A DNA stretch of 64,000 nt. Origin: Phoronis australis (taxonomy: Eukaryota; Animalia; Phoronida). The stretch covers positions 750,948 to 814,947 of the forward strand of contig NMRA01000154.1 of NCBI GenBank assembly GCA_002633005.1. The letters are read 5' to 3'. The translations under genes and the position numbers were made by a program. How positions within the stretch are numbered: position 1 is the stretch's first letter; each line of letters opens with the position of its first letter. The notes under the pieces were generated by a model. That model worked only from the letters and a program-made list of their open reading frames with translations. It had not been told where the DNA came from and made no database searches. Below, one piece after another: positions 1-12,100 of this stretch.

Positions 1-270
1 TTTCGTGTTGGGACAACTTGGCTCACACGTGACAACTTACCTCACCTTAATGAGGCAGGGTAACTTGACACACGTGTTGCGCGGCGCAAGACGTAGGTAG
101 TAGCGTGGACGCAAACTTGCAGACAAAGCAGAACTAATTACCAGCTCCGCCCTTTATCAGGTGTCTAACCCTTCTTGCGCTATAGTTGTGGTAAGTTGTA
201 GGGTGTGAAGGATGGACTGTCAGCAGAATGGGGACAAGATGCTTTAGGGTAAGTTGTTCTAGGGTACCTG
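1..270. repeat. Dispersed repeat family (gacaacttacc / gggtaagttg units)
   Basis: Shares gcagaactaattaccagct and gacaact..c.cacctta....g.cagggtaac with 19555-19810. A reversed related copy lies near 44010-44110. Confidence 0.6.
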
Positions 271-585
271 GTATTATCGACATGATATCTCTACTAAAGT
301 ACACACCATGTATTTTGAACATTACTACCCTAACTAGAAGTATTCATGTCAAAAATGCAATAAATTTTAAAACGAGTTACAAAACGTGCACCTAAAAAAT
401 GGAGGGTTCGAATTTTGAGAACGAAGACCTTTCAGTAAGATTCACAGGATACGTTCAGAGCTATGAATTGTGCATTGGCCGAATTTTGGTAGTTCCCGCC
501 TTTTAGTGGCCTTTTGTCTCGTTTTCTACTTTTTGAAATTTGTGTTTCTCTGAGACAAACCTTTTTGCCAGCATAATAAAAGCAC

Positions 586-1831
586 GAAAGGTGTTACGTA
601 AAATGGCACTAGGTCAAAACTTTCCATTCGCATTACATGGGATCAGTAGGTGGACACTACACATGGGCTGTCTATCAAAGACCTGATCGTTGTTTGGTGA
701 GACAGTGAATTTCAATAGGGTACAAATATTTCAAAAATCAGCTATTTAAGACATAATACGGACGACACTCGCAACGATGACAGAAACCATTGCAAATAAA
801 AAAGAAGCACTTTTGGAAATTATTTTCCCGAAAATGGTGAGATTTTACGCCGTCACTAATATGGCTGGAACCAATTAGGCTGCGTATGTACAAAATTTGA
901 CAGAGTACATGGTCATTTTAGGAAAAATGTGTCTGTGGGTCAATTGACCCCACTTCCAGGGTACATGTCCTTTACCAGTCATCCATTCAAAAACTTGCTG
1001 CACTTGGCAAGACACCAAGAGGATTTGTTGAAGAANGCGCAAACTATGTCAAATCCATCTGAAAACTGGAGGATAGCGTCATCTCACTAATAGGTGCCTA
1101 CATACAATATTTCATGAAAATCCGTTCAGGACTTTATAAGATACAAAGGTAAGCGTAAAAAAATAAAATTGCCACTAGGGGACACACCGGTAGTCGGATC
1201 CGTCCGAAAGTTCGCACATGCCGTCCCATTCATGAATGGAACATATGTGCCAAATTTCATAAACGTATGTCAAAGGGTTTTGGAGATAGAGCAGCTGACG
1301 CCGGACGGACGCCGCCCAGACGGACGGACGGAGATGACGGCATAATGCGTCCACATATAAATATGTGGGCGCATAAAAAATGAAAGGTGTTACGTAAAAT
1401 GGCAATAGGTGAAAACTTTCCATTCGCATTACATGGGATCAGTAGGTGGACATTACACATGGGCTGTCTACCAAAGACCTGATCGTTGTTTGGTGGGACA
1501 GTGAATTTCAATAGGGTACAAATATTTCGAAAATCAGCTATTTAAGACATAATACGGACGACACTCGCAACGACGACAGAAACCATTGCAAATAAAAAAG
1601 AAGCACTTTTGGAAATTATTTTCCCGAAAATGGTGAGATTTTACGCCGTCACTAATATGGCTGGAACCAATTAGGCTGCGTATGTACAAAATTTGACAGA
1701 GTACATGGTCATTTTAGGAAAAATGTGTCTGTGGGTCAATTGACCCCACTTCCAGGGTACATGTCCTTAACCAGTCATCCATTCAAAAACTTGCTGCACT
1801 TGGCAAGACACCAAGAGGATTTGTTGAAGAA
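586..1831. other. 450-bp near-identical duplication at single N (1036), likely assembly/haplotype overlap
   Basis: 586-1035 ~ 1382-1831 with a few substitutions; the first copy ends exactly at the N. Confidence 0.75.
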
Positions 1832-2089
1832 AACACATTTGTTGTTATTTTGTAGAAAGTGTTTTTTATTCAGCCATGAATAGAAGACGTGCTCCCGTCC
1901 GTCGCATTCTGCCGACCTCACCACCAGGTGAAGCAATGCCCATGAATGCTAAATGATAAAAAGGGGCCTTTATAATACGGTGTGTTTTACCACACATTTG
2001 AAAACCTGGCTTTCACTGGAGACCCGTAGAATGTTGAAAAATGTATCTGAGGAATGGTGTGAATGTCAGTGCTTGTTGGTTTTCCCAGC

Positions 2090-3150
2090 ATTGCAGACAG
2101 ACAATCTCTTCTACAAGGTATTACTGTAGCCAAGGCTGTTCAAAGCCCCTTCCATCCATTACACAGTCAAGCGAAGACTGCACTTGACAGGTGCGTGAAC
2201 CCCGTCCCTGCAACAGAAACTTATGGACTTCGTCCTAGACCTTTTCGCAATGCCTCCCACCAAAGACTTAGCAGGTGCTCGTGGACTGTCGCTGCTGTTA
2301 ACGCAACCATGGGTCTCATCAGCGAACACATGATCGCGCAAGATGCTGCTTGGCTGCCAGTACAAGAACTTGGTGAGGAACCGAATGTCATCATTGCTTT
2401 CAACAGGGAAGCTCGGGAATGGCCTCCTGGAGTAGCACAAGCATTGTGCCGTTAGCAATGGCGTGATCTTGGCGGTATTAATGCCATCATTGTAGCAACT
2501 GATGAATCCTTCGATGGTGAAACTAATCGTGCGGGATGAGGTTATCAAATACGCTGTGCTAACAACATCATTGCGGAAGGTAGTGGCTGCCGCCACCATG
2601 TATACACAAGCAGTACGCGGATGAAGTTTGAGGCTATACAACGTGCCCTAACCAAGCTGTCACTCCTAGACCTGTAGAATCACACCATTATCTTTGCCAC
2701 CGATTCCATGGCAGTGTTGATGAAAGTTCAATCTGGAAACCTCCCAGCCAACTGGGGTGTCTTCCGATCACGCCACCCTCGTCATGTAGTGATCTGGTCT
2801 TTCATACCTGGCCATGCCGGTGTCTTGATTAATGAGCGTGCAGATTACCTCCCTGGTTCATGCACCACCAACCAACCCCTCTACTTATATTCGGCTGACG
2901 TTAAGCTGCTGGCCCGCAAACACAACCTCGAGCAGACTGCATCCCAACTGGCTGAGTTCAATGATGGCAGCCGACTGCTCGAAGCCGGTATCATTTATGG
3001 CCATGCTGCGAAGAGTCACAAGGAGAGCCGTGCCCGAGTGTTGTCAAATCAAATGCTTACAGGCAACGTCAGCCCTGGAGTTCTGCACCTTCTGCTGTCA
3101 CGGGGATGGTCTGGGGAGGGGAATAATGCACCAGCACATCCCCAATGATC
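2090..3150 (+). mobile_element. Decayed 5'-truncated non-LTR retrotransposon 3' part with RNase H (I/Ingi-like group)
   Basis: SPFHPLH, then RNase H motifs IIVATDES (TDGS-like), SSTRMKFEAIQRAL, IFATDSMAVL and IWSFIPGHAGVLINERADYL, interrupted by stops and frameshifts. Confidence 0.8.
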
Positions 3151-3324
3151 CTGTCCGTGACAGGTATTACAGGTCAGTGCTTGTTTTGTCCTCTGATAGC
3201 AAGGTCAACTATGTAATCTTCTTTCCTTTGTTGTCTAAATGTTGGGCTTGCAATTACCTGACTAGTTGAAAATTACCTTGTTTTGTTATAAAAGAGTTTC
3301 TAAATTGCTTGGCAAAGGGGAACT

Positions 3325-3390
3325 GCTGATTGGCTAAATGATTAGGACGCTTAACAATCAGGTGGTTGCTGGTTCAACACCAAGCTGAAC
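3325..3390 (+). mobile_element. Degenerate tRNA-derived SINE head
   Basis: A-box-like TGGCTAAATGA (3331) and B-box-like GGTTCAACACC (3371) about 40 nt apart, with no intact cloverleaf. Confidence 0.35.
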
Positions 3391-3477
3391 CAAAAACGTA
3401 ACATTAGTTTGATTCACATGTTGGAGCTTTCTATACCACAGAATAATGAGCATTATTCAGTGGGGGCAACTGGTTAA

Positions 3478-3665
3478 GAAGAAATACTTCCGTTATCAAA
3501 CTTTTTCTTCGAGCGGTCCCTCGTTCTGAGGTCCCAAAATCAGAAACTGGCCTTTTTTACACTGGGCACGCCAGTGGATATGATGTCATACCACGTGCCG
3601 TGCACAGTATTAAAAATGGTGAGTTTCTGCTAGAAGAAAAAGTTTGATAACGGGAGTATTTCTTC
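3478..3665. repeat. Foldback/MITE-like imperfect palindrome
   Basis: 3478-3510 matches the reverse complement of 3633-3665 at 32/33 nt; the inner 3541-3629 is also an imperfect palindrome. Confidence 0.75.
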
Positions 3666-4948
3666 GAGTTGGAAGGAATTAAATACATCGAAGGCCTCCG
3701 TCCCTCTATTCGCAAAAGGTATTTATAACAACATGACTTTGATGTTTTGGTCAATGTGAGGCATAATTCGCCGAAAACCTTCCGGCGTATGAAGCTGCAG
3801 TAGGAGCCACACCATTCTTGTATTACTGCACTGTTACAACACCATCCAGAGCAGAGACAGAGGTCATTGCCACTGTCTAGACAAGTCGGTGTCGGCAGGT
3901 TGAAACAACTGAAACAACCAATCAACTCTATGTGGTCCACTGTTTTGCCATGCATAATTAGGAACACTGTTTCTCAATTAAAAAACACAAAACAATGGTT
4001 TTCAAAGTTAGCGCTGCTGTGCATGGGGATATGGGGTTCAAAAAAAAGTCAAGACTCAAGAAAACAAAGACCACTCACGTTCTCTCTACTTTTGTTGTGT
4101 TCGAGGAATAAATATCTTCTAAAGAACTCAGATACTTGTCTTCGTGTTTATCCCTGCAAAATACAAATACAAAATAGTTCAGATATTCGTCAGTTGATGT
4201 CGCATATGACACAAAAACGATTTCCTTGGCTTGGTATTGTGTATCACAAACATACCTTTCTTCCATGTTGAAACTGCTTTGAACCTTCAACACCGGAGAG
4301 CTCCCAAACATGTTGTCAAAGACACTGTCACGTCATCTTTAGGCAAACTAAAACAATACCTGATGCCATAATTTTGAGTCCAGAGACCGTCGATAAGAGT
4401 GGATAGTTGTGACGTGGTGATATATTTTAACGATTTCGCCCCGCTTAGCTGGCTTAAAAAACAAATTAGGTCTTTTAATCTCTTAACATTCCTTACCGTG
4501 ACAAGATGTATTTCCAAATATCTCAGTGCGCAACTAAGCGCCGTTTTGCCTTTTGAATTCGATATTTTAGGGTTAGCCAATCCAAAACACTCTAAAACGT
4601 TTTCTTAAGTCGCTGATGGTTTCAACGTTTTTATTGGATTCGGAAATTGTCGATTCTATCATAGTAAGGAGTATGAGACCGATTTTAAAAGAACAAAATG
4701 GCTTAATTCGATTTTCGTTTTCTACCCCATAGCGATCGAAATAGACGGGAGGGAAGACCATGACGTAATTAGCTCTAGGCTTACGACGTTGAAACAAGGG
4801 GAAACTCTAGCTGTATAGGCCTACATTTAGTTATATTGATGTCATTGGTAAAAACATACATTGTTGTTTTAACAAACGCTGCTACTGCCCGGGGTACTAT
4901 TCTAAGCCTGGCGCCTCGCATTTCAAGAATGAGTCTGCACTGGATAAA

Positions 4949-5092
4949 CATGGGCGGCACAACACTGAAAAAAGTGGGGGGCTAGAGCCCCCTCAGCCCC
5001 CCTGAAGTGCACCTTCTCTAGACCATGTGCGGCGTAGCATTGAAAAAAGTGGGGGCAATAGCCCCCCAGCCGCCTATGGTGCGCCGCTCATG
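4949..5092. mobile_element. GC-rich short MITE-like element, head-to-tail dimer (copy 1)
   Basis: CATGGGCGGC...GCCGCTCATG ends with two internal units (ca[c/t]tgaaaaaagtggggg...agccccc). Homologous to 44717-44859. Confidence 0.7.
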
Positions 5093-6879
5093 ACACTTCT
5101 GGATAAACGAAACTGTGATGCAATAAACGGGGTGTGTTATAATCGCAATGCAAAAATTAAAAACCTCAAAAATGGAAGGATCTTTGGAAGCCCACAATAT
5201 CGTGTTGAAGCGGATGATGGCCGTGGAGGGGCGCACGCCGATACAGAGACCTAAAACTTGCCTGCCGAGGACTTACAACTTCATAAGTAGGTTGTTAAGT
5301 CTCAAATCACTCCAACACTGCACATGAAAAACGATGAAGTAACTAAAAATAGTGTGGCTGCAATTTGAGTGTTTAGTGTGTAAATATTCCGCTACCCGAC
5401 CCGTGGTTTGAACTCCTCACATGCCCAAAATGCTTGACTAGGTCAGATACAATGTGGGACGTGACGCTTAGACGAGTATTTTTTACCAGTTTTCTTAGTT
5501 TGGCCTTGTGCAAAAGTGGCTTTCACGACAAAGTGAGACTTAGAACGGTACAAACGGATCATTTCACGTCAGTACTCAACAGAATGGTTCACCTTTTATT
5601 AAGGTTGATTAAAAGGTCATAAAAGTCGCTAACGATTACATAAATTGCATAAAACACGGCATGATTTATGTCGATATAAAAAATTTACGCCCACGGAAAC
5701 CCTCCAGGAGCATTAAAGACCAGGTCACCGAAATTGTCGAATCTATCACGCTTCCCCTCCGACAGGGGGCCCTTTAAATGAAAGGGTACTACATCGGGTA
5801 CCTCTAGGAGAGGGCCCCTAAACATGAAACCATGTTACAGTATAGAAACTTAGCGATACGTTGCTGTAATCTAAGCGTTACTCTCATTCACGGGGCTCAA
5901 TACTATACATGTAAAACAATTCGTAATTTAAAAAACGAAAAAGGGAGGTAGTTAATTCCACCATTAGTTGCAAGAGAGGGTACACTGGGGCAACGGAGCT
6001 TTTATTTTCTAAAACTTGCCCCTAGACCCCGTTTGAGCCATTGAATGTAAATGAGCAAGACACTCACGATAATTAATGTCTTGTTCAACATCATAGCATT
6101 CCCCGCAACAACTTCTTCGTTATCACTGCCTGAAAAGTTGGGCGACTCCGCTTCCTACGTCTACATACGTATAGTACGTAAGATTGCTGCTGGATTAGGA
6201 TACCGGCACCAATTGGCAGAGTGGACTCGACATAGGAACGAGCATTCGCAACAGGTCATCATTTTCTAGAGATTTCCTTCATAACCACGCTCACCTGCAG
6301 GAGGTACTTCCAACTGTTTTTTAAGACATTAACGTTACGTGGACACATTAAAAGTATGGAAAAATACCAGATACGGTATTTGAGCATTTTTATCAAAGTT
6401 TTACAGAAAATTTAGGGAAATGATGGTGTAAGGTCTTTCTCCATATTAATGTCCCTTTCAAAAAAGTAACATTTTGTCTAAAATGCAAGGTCACGTGACC
6501 ATGAGACTGTCACAATGTTGTGAATGATCTGCTTCGATTCCTATAACTTCATAAATTGACAGTCGCTAGTTACTTAGATATTTCAAGAAAAAGACAGTGC
6601 ACATTAATTAGGGGTTCACGTAACATTAAGCCTGAAAATAGACATACATGTAGATTGTGGCTTGAAACGGTATGATTAGAGATGCCATATTGTAAAATAT
6701 AGGTTCATCTTTTTCAACCTAAATTTTAAAAAATAAATTGCATCACGTTACGTAAGACTTTGTCGACAAGTCTATGTATTTAACCAGATATAGAAAACTA
6801 GATTTTAATTCAGAAAAACCATTTATTTTCTGATAGTAGACAATTTACAGATTCTGATTGTTTTTAACGTTTTCAATAG

Positions 6880-7060
6880 ATTTAGCACAAAATTTACATT
6901 CACAGCAAAACAGCAATATCAAGGACATGACAAAATTTCATCTCGCATAAATATTCAGCGTGAAATCGCAAGAACGCTGTTACAGTTTTCTATTTGATCA
7001 TTTCCTTTTCGTTTTATGCAACTTTTGAGTTTTTCCATAAAAATCGTAAAATTTCTATGC
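6880..7060 (-). repeat. Dispersed repeat family (copies also at ~17250-17450 and ~46650-46860, + strand)
   Basis: Shared core aaatga....tagaaaact..aacag...tt...g and similar downstream sequence in all three places. Confidence 0.55.
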
Positions 7061-8459
7061 TTTCATAGGCCTTTAATAGGCAACTTATTTAGAGAAGGCA
7101 CCCTTCAGGAGGGAAATTTGTCGAAAAAGGCACCGTTTCCATAGGAAAATCGGTCGTGAAAAAAACACGAAGTACTGAACGGCACGTCCCACATACTCCA
7201 TCTGCTCGACAGGTCCCGTAGACCTCATCGATGGGGGAAGTCCCGGGACGTTACCCATCTTAGTTTTACGTCCCGTACTGTAAAATCTCAACAAATTCAT
7301 ACTAAAATAATTGCCAAAAATACCCTTTCTTTATTTTTCAAGGTCTTCTAACATAATTATTGTATTCTAAATTGGTGAGATTCTATCGTATTCCTTTTCA
7401 CCCCCGCCCCCTGGTGTTGGCTTACACAGTTATAAACTCAGTGTATGTGAAGTGGTTACCAAAAGCAGAAAAACGATGGGCATGTATACTAAAATTTCTT
7501 TGATTTCTTTGCTTTTACTAATCTATGCCAATTTATATCGTTTCTTCCAGGACATCTGTTCCGACTGCATCAAACAGTAACAAATAGGGACTCAACTTTG
7601 TCCCCGAGATCTTCTTTGTATTTGACTTTCTTTAACCACAGTTGTTATTTTCATATTTTTTCTATTATTTTATCTAGTACTACGCGGTCATACTGCGGCT
7701 CAGACGAGGGACTTGTTCAAGGCCAGATTCCTTACGAGAGCTTACTTTTTACGTTAGAACTCAATAAAACGGTTGATTTTTGAACCAGAACTCTACAGAA
7801 GGGTTTCATATTTTATCAAGGTTTCTTGAGTGAAAAATATAAAGGCACGTTCAGATTTTTATTGTATTTGTACGAATGAGCGTTGTTGTCATTGTTCGTT
7901 CATGGAGTAATGGATTTCTGCAAGGCCGGTCAAAAATGTCAGACCATGAATGATACAGTACGGTCTACCAAGGTCTTTGAACGGGTGGTTGCTTAAAGGA
8001 GTTTTAATATGTGAGAAAAAAATCGTGAAGAAATTACCACGACGATGCTTGTTAACTCAGTCGAAGCAGGGATGACTCGAGCTCAGTTGGAGCGCTACTT
8101 GCTATAAAGGGGGCATAAAAATAATGTAGAGGGCAGCGAAAATAGGTCGCAACGGGAAGGGTGGCGCATTTCCTCGCAGTTTGCGGGTGATGTTGAGACA
8201 GACTTGCCCCAGTGGACTTAAAAGGATTTGCCATAAACACGTAACCCCCCAGGCACACCCCACTGACACATTTCGCTCCGAACGCCAGTCTCTCTGATGA
8301 ACCCACTCAATCCTGTGAATGCGAAAGGCTAAAAAATTGACGATGGGGATTTTCAGTTTGCATGACAGGGTGGATCACTAGATCTACGTCCAGGACACTT
8401 TTAATTTATTTGTCTCTTGACAAATGATACAGGTATTTTTTCTCGATGACTGGAACTCA

Positions 8460-9173
8460 TTGAAAGTCGTCCTGCAGTCATGTATCGACGTAACAACCGA
8501 CCAGGGACACTTTCACGGGATCAAAATTTAACGCTGCATCGGCTGAGAACGACTCAGAGCTTTTATGGAATCCCTGACGACAACCGTCGGTAGCGACACA
8601 TACACCGTCCATCGTAGCCGCACTGCACGCAACAACATGTCTCACGTTATCGCTCGCCGCTGCCTAATCGTAACAAATTAACGTCACTTTGACAATTCGA
8701 AATCCCGAGTGAGGAAGCAAGTGCACCACCAATTACGTAACGCAAGTCGTTTTCTTTTCTGATCACTCCAAAATCGTTGAATATTGAGTGTGCGGTCCAT
8801 TACAGGCTTTTGTTCAGCGCTATGTAGGACTCGTGTGACGTCACTGCTATGACTACCGTGCCGTTTTCTCTGGCAAACCCGGGTTATTTTCGCTCGATCA
8901 ATACACCCCATTGTGGCGATCTGCAGTTGCCAGGTTTTCACCAAACTCGACGGACGGCTATTCACGTGCGATGTTGATTTTGATTTGTGCCAATTATTTA
9001 GCGTTCAATGACAATTGAGTCGTGTATGAATCGGACCTTAACATATATGTAATTCGAACTCGCGCTGTGGGCCTTTACCTCCTAGCAAAACGTTATGGCC
9101 TCGAAGATTTTCACCACGAAACCAAAAGTTTGTTAGTGGAAGTTCAAAAATTTTATCTGTCTAAGCCTCTAAG
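8460..9173 (+). promoter_or_regulatory. Probable NCX promoter and non-coding first exon
   Basis: CpG-rich relative to the downstream introns. Full CRE TGACGTCA 8836-8843, TTACGTAA 8733-8740, CACGTG 8963-8968, ending in a consensus donor AAG|GTAAGT (9173/4). The ATG exon starts with an acceptor, so an upstream exon is needed. Pairing the two is inference. Confidence 0.45.
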
Positions 9174-12100
9174 GTAAGTTATACGATGCTGAGGTATCCG
9201 AGTGAATGACGACTTGCTTCTAAATGGGTTTAAAAGAGCTTAACTTTAAGTTGTTCGTATTTTTTCACAGTAGGCCTAATGGACTACAGAAATGTTAAAG
9301 ATGACAAGGCCTACGATGCTCTAAGACTAAGGAGTTAGTACGGTATTGTCAAGAACTCTGACCCAAATGTGCGTTTGTGTTGTAAAAGACTGGACGGTTT
9401 AGTTGTTGTAAATTTATTCAAATGTAGTCGGCATATAGTCTGTCAAGTATTTTTAGTAAATACAACGCAGATCTTTATTGATATGCTATGTGTATGTTGA
9501 GGGATTAAAGTGTTTGCACTGGCAATGGTTTTCAAACAAGCTAAGTTTACTGTCGCAAGAAGTTGGGTAGACATTTCTTTTATGTTACAGAAGACACTGT
9601 TAGTATTAAGGTGTAGGAAAAGGCTTCGTTATATACTCTATCCCTAACATTTATTACAAATTCATTCTTTATCTTGGGGAAATATTGCACAATTAGAAGT
9701 GGTTTTGATTATTTCATTATAAGCCTGTCAATCAAATCTGCTTAGCCTGTAATCTCATTAAGAGGAATTTAATTGCACCAGCTATAACATCAATGTGACA
9801 AAACTCTGAAGTAACATCCTTTGATTTCTATTATGAAAAATGTTGAAAACCTTACGGTTGATTTGGCTACATAAAGAAATGGTATTCGACAGTAGTTTTC
9901 AAAACCTTAAGGATGTTTAGTCTGGGATTATTTTCTCGTGAGCTATGGTTTTTTCGATGAGAATTACTAAATCCGCTCTCATCACAGCAGAATTTCTTCA
10001 GAATATTTGACAACTAGAGTTAACTGGCTAACAATACAGTGAGCTTTTGAAAAATTGAAAAAAATACAATTTTGACAATTCTTTGTGTTGAAATTTTGGG
10101 AAACTTTATTATGGCAAAAATCTAAAGAAACCAAATTTCGATTGAGGCCAGTTGCCCTGTAGTAAAACTTGTGTCAACTTGTTTCTAACTCAGATGAGAA
10201 CTGACTTCTGTTTGTTATTGCTCGAGACCGTGCTCAGGGAATACATTCATTAGCCATGACAACTAAGCTTAACTAGAGCCTTGTCTCAACTGAACAATAA
10301 TAATCTACCACTTCTTTCCATGTCCAAAAATTTCCTGTTTTATTGACCTTAAGGAACACTTTGAAACCAATTTGATAATAATGAGAGGTCTGTAAATCAA
10401 AAAGTGTTTTTATACGGAGCTTTAATCTTTCAGTTTCAGTAGTGTTGTTAAGATACCTAGGACTTGAGAGATCACATGATTTCACCAAGTCAGTATTTAC
10501 TGCATGTTTCCTACATGTTAGCGAGTGGATCCATGTAGCATTAGATATGTTTGGCTTGAGGATGGTGCATATTAATTTGTTGGCACCCATACCTGGGACA
10601 TTTACATGAGAGAGAACTGTCACAGAGCAACTAACACTGAACAGCAGATTGGATGCAGGTGTGTGTGTGTGTGAACTAGAAGCAGGTTGACACCACAGCG
10701 GCCATTTTTGAATCCGGTTTTAGAACTAGAGTGAGTTGGACTTGATCAGTTTCTCTAGTTTGAACTACACGTCTAAAACACAACTGGGGCAGGGCGGAAA
10801 GGGATCATCTTTCAATAGACTCGCCGATCGAATAGCACATACACAGGTGATCCACTGGAAACCCATGTGGTTTGGACGTTCATTTATGTTTATGCGAGCA
10901 TGCGCAGACAGTCTTCATGTGACTTGTGCTGATCCAGTTTACGATCTAATGTTGTGTAAATGCGACCAAAGTGGAGCAAGTAGCGTTGCGACAACAGACA
11001 TGGTGACAACTGTCTCTGGTGTAGAAGCGGCTAAGCACATCTGGCTAGAGGGCTACTCGTGCTTGAAAAATTTGAATCATAAGTTATTTTGCATCCTAAC
11101 TACACAATACCTGAAAATACAACTGTGATAACGGAACGTAATAATGTGTACATATACATACATGTATAGATTTATGTTTACATCTGTATACAATTTGTCA
11201 TTGCTTCAAAACACCTCTGTATCATTTTGTGAACTTGGTAAATTGTAAGAACTTTAATTCTTCCTCTAGAATCCTGAGTGTTGTGGTCTATGCTATTGTT
11301 ACATCATTGACTAGACATGCAGACCTTTGGGTTTTGACTGAAATGTTTACCTAGATGAAAGCCTTAAACCTGGGGCTGTTATTATTTGTCAACTTAAACT
11401 AGTGAAAGGAGCACAAATGACCATTCTTCCTTGGTCAATTTGTTTACCACAACTATTGAGTGTTAACTACAGGATCTCAATAGACAAACAAACTTTGAGG
11501 TTGCTTTCCATGTGGTTGAAGGTTTGTGCATGTTGAATGTTACAGGTCTGTATATCAGAGTAATTTTCCTTCTTCTCTAGACAACACCAGGAGTCACTCC
11601 TTCATAGGATTTTCTTCTGAGATGCATTTAAATGAGGCACATTTGACATTGAGCAGTTGACCCGAACTGCTGATCGGGCGCAAGTTTTCATTTGTACGTG
11701 CATGTTCAAACAAGACTGGCTTGATGACATTTTTGACACCGGTTTGAGAGGTAGCAAGTTGCACTCAAACAGTTTCTCTAGTGTCAACTACACAGTCTAA
11801 ACCTAGGGCAGGGCTGATGGGGTAAATGGCTCTAGATGCACCATCTTCTTTTGTATTAGGGATTTCTAGATGGTTGAATGTTCATCCCATTAGGCCTGCA
11901 ATGAGATATGTCAACTTGTCATGAATAAGTGCACCATTTGCTATAAAAAATTTAAAAATATAGATATGGTATAAAAACTTGTGCAGAATGAAGTTGGAAA
12001 AAGGAACCTTTTGTAGAATTTTGATGTCTGACAGAGAACCCTTGTGTAATGGGACTGTTGTCAGAAAAGACACTCTCGAAGGGATTACTTGTAAGAAAAG

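Noticed and set aside
3325-3390. tRNA gene
   Set aside because: Only degenerate A/B boxes, without acceptor or anticodon stems; kept as a possible SINE head.
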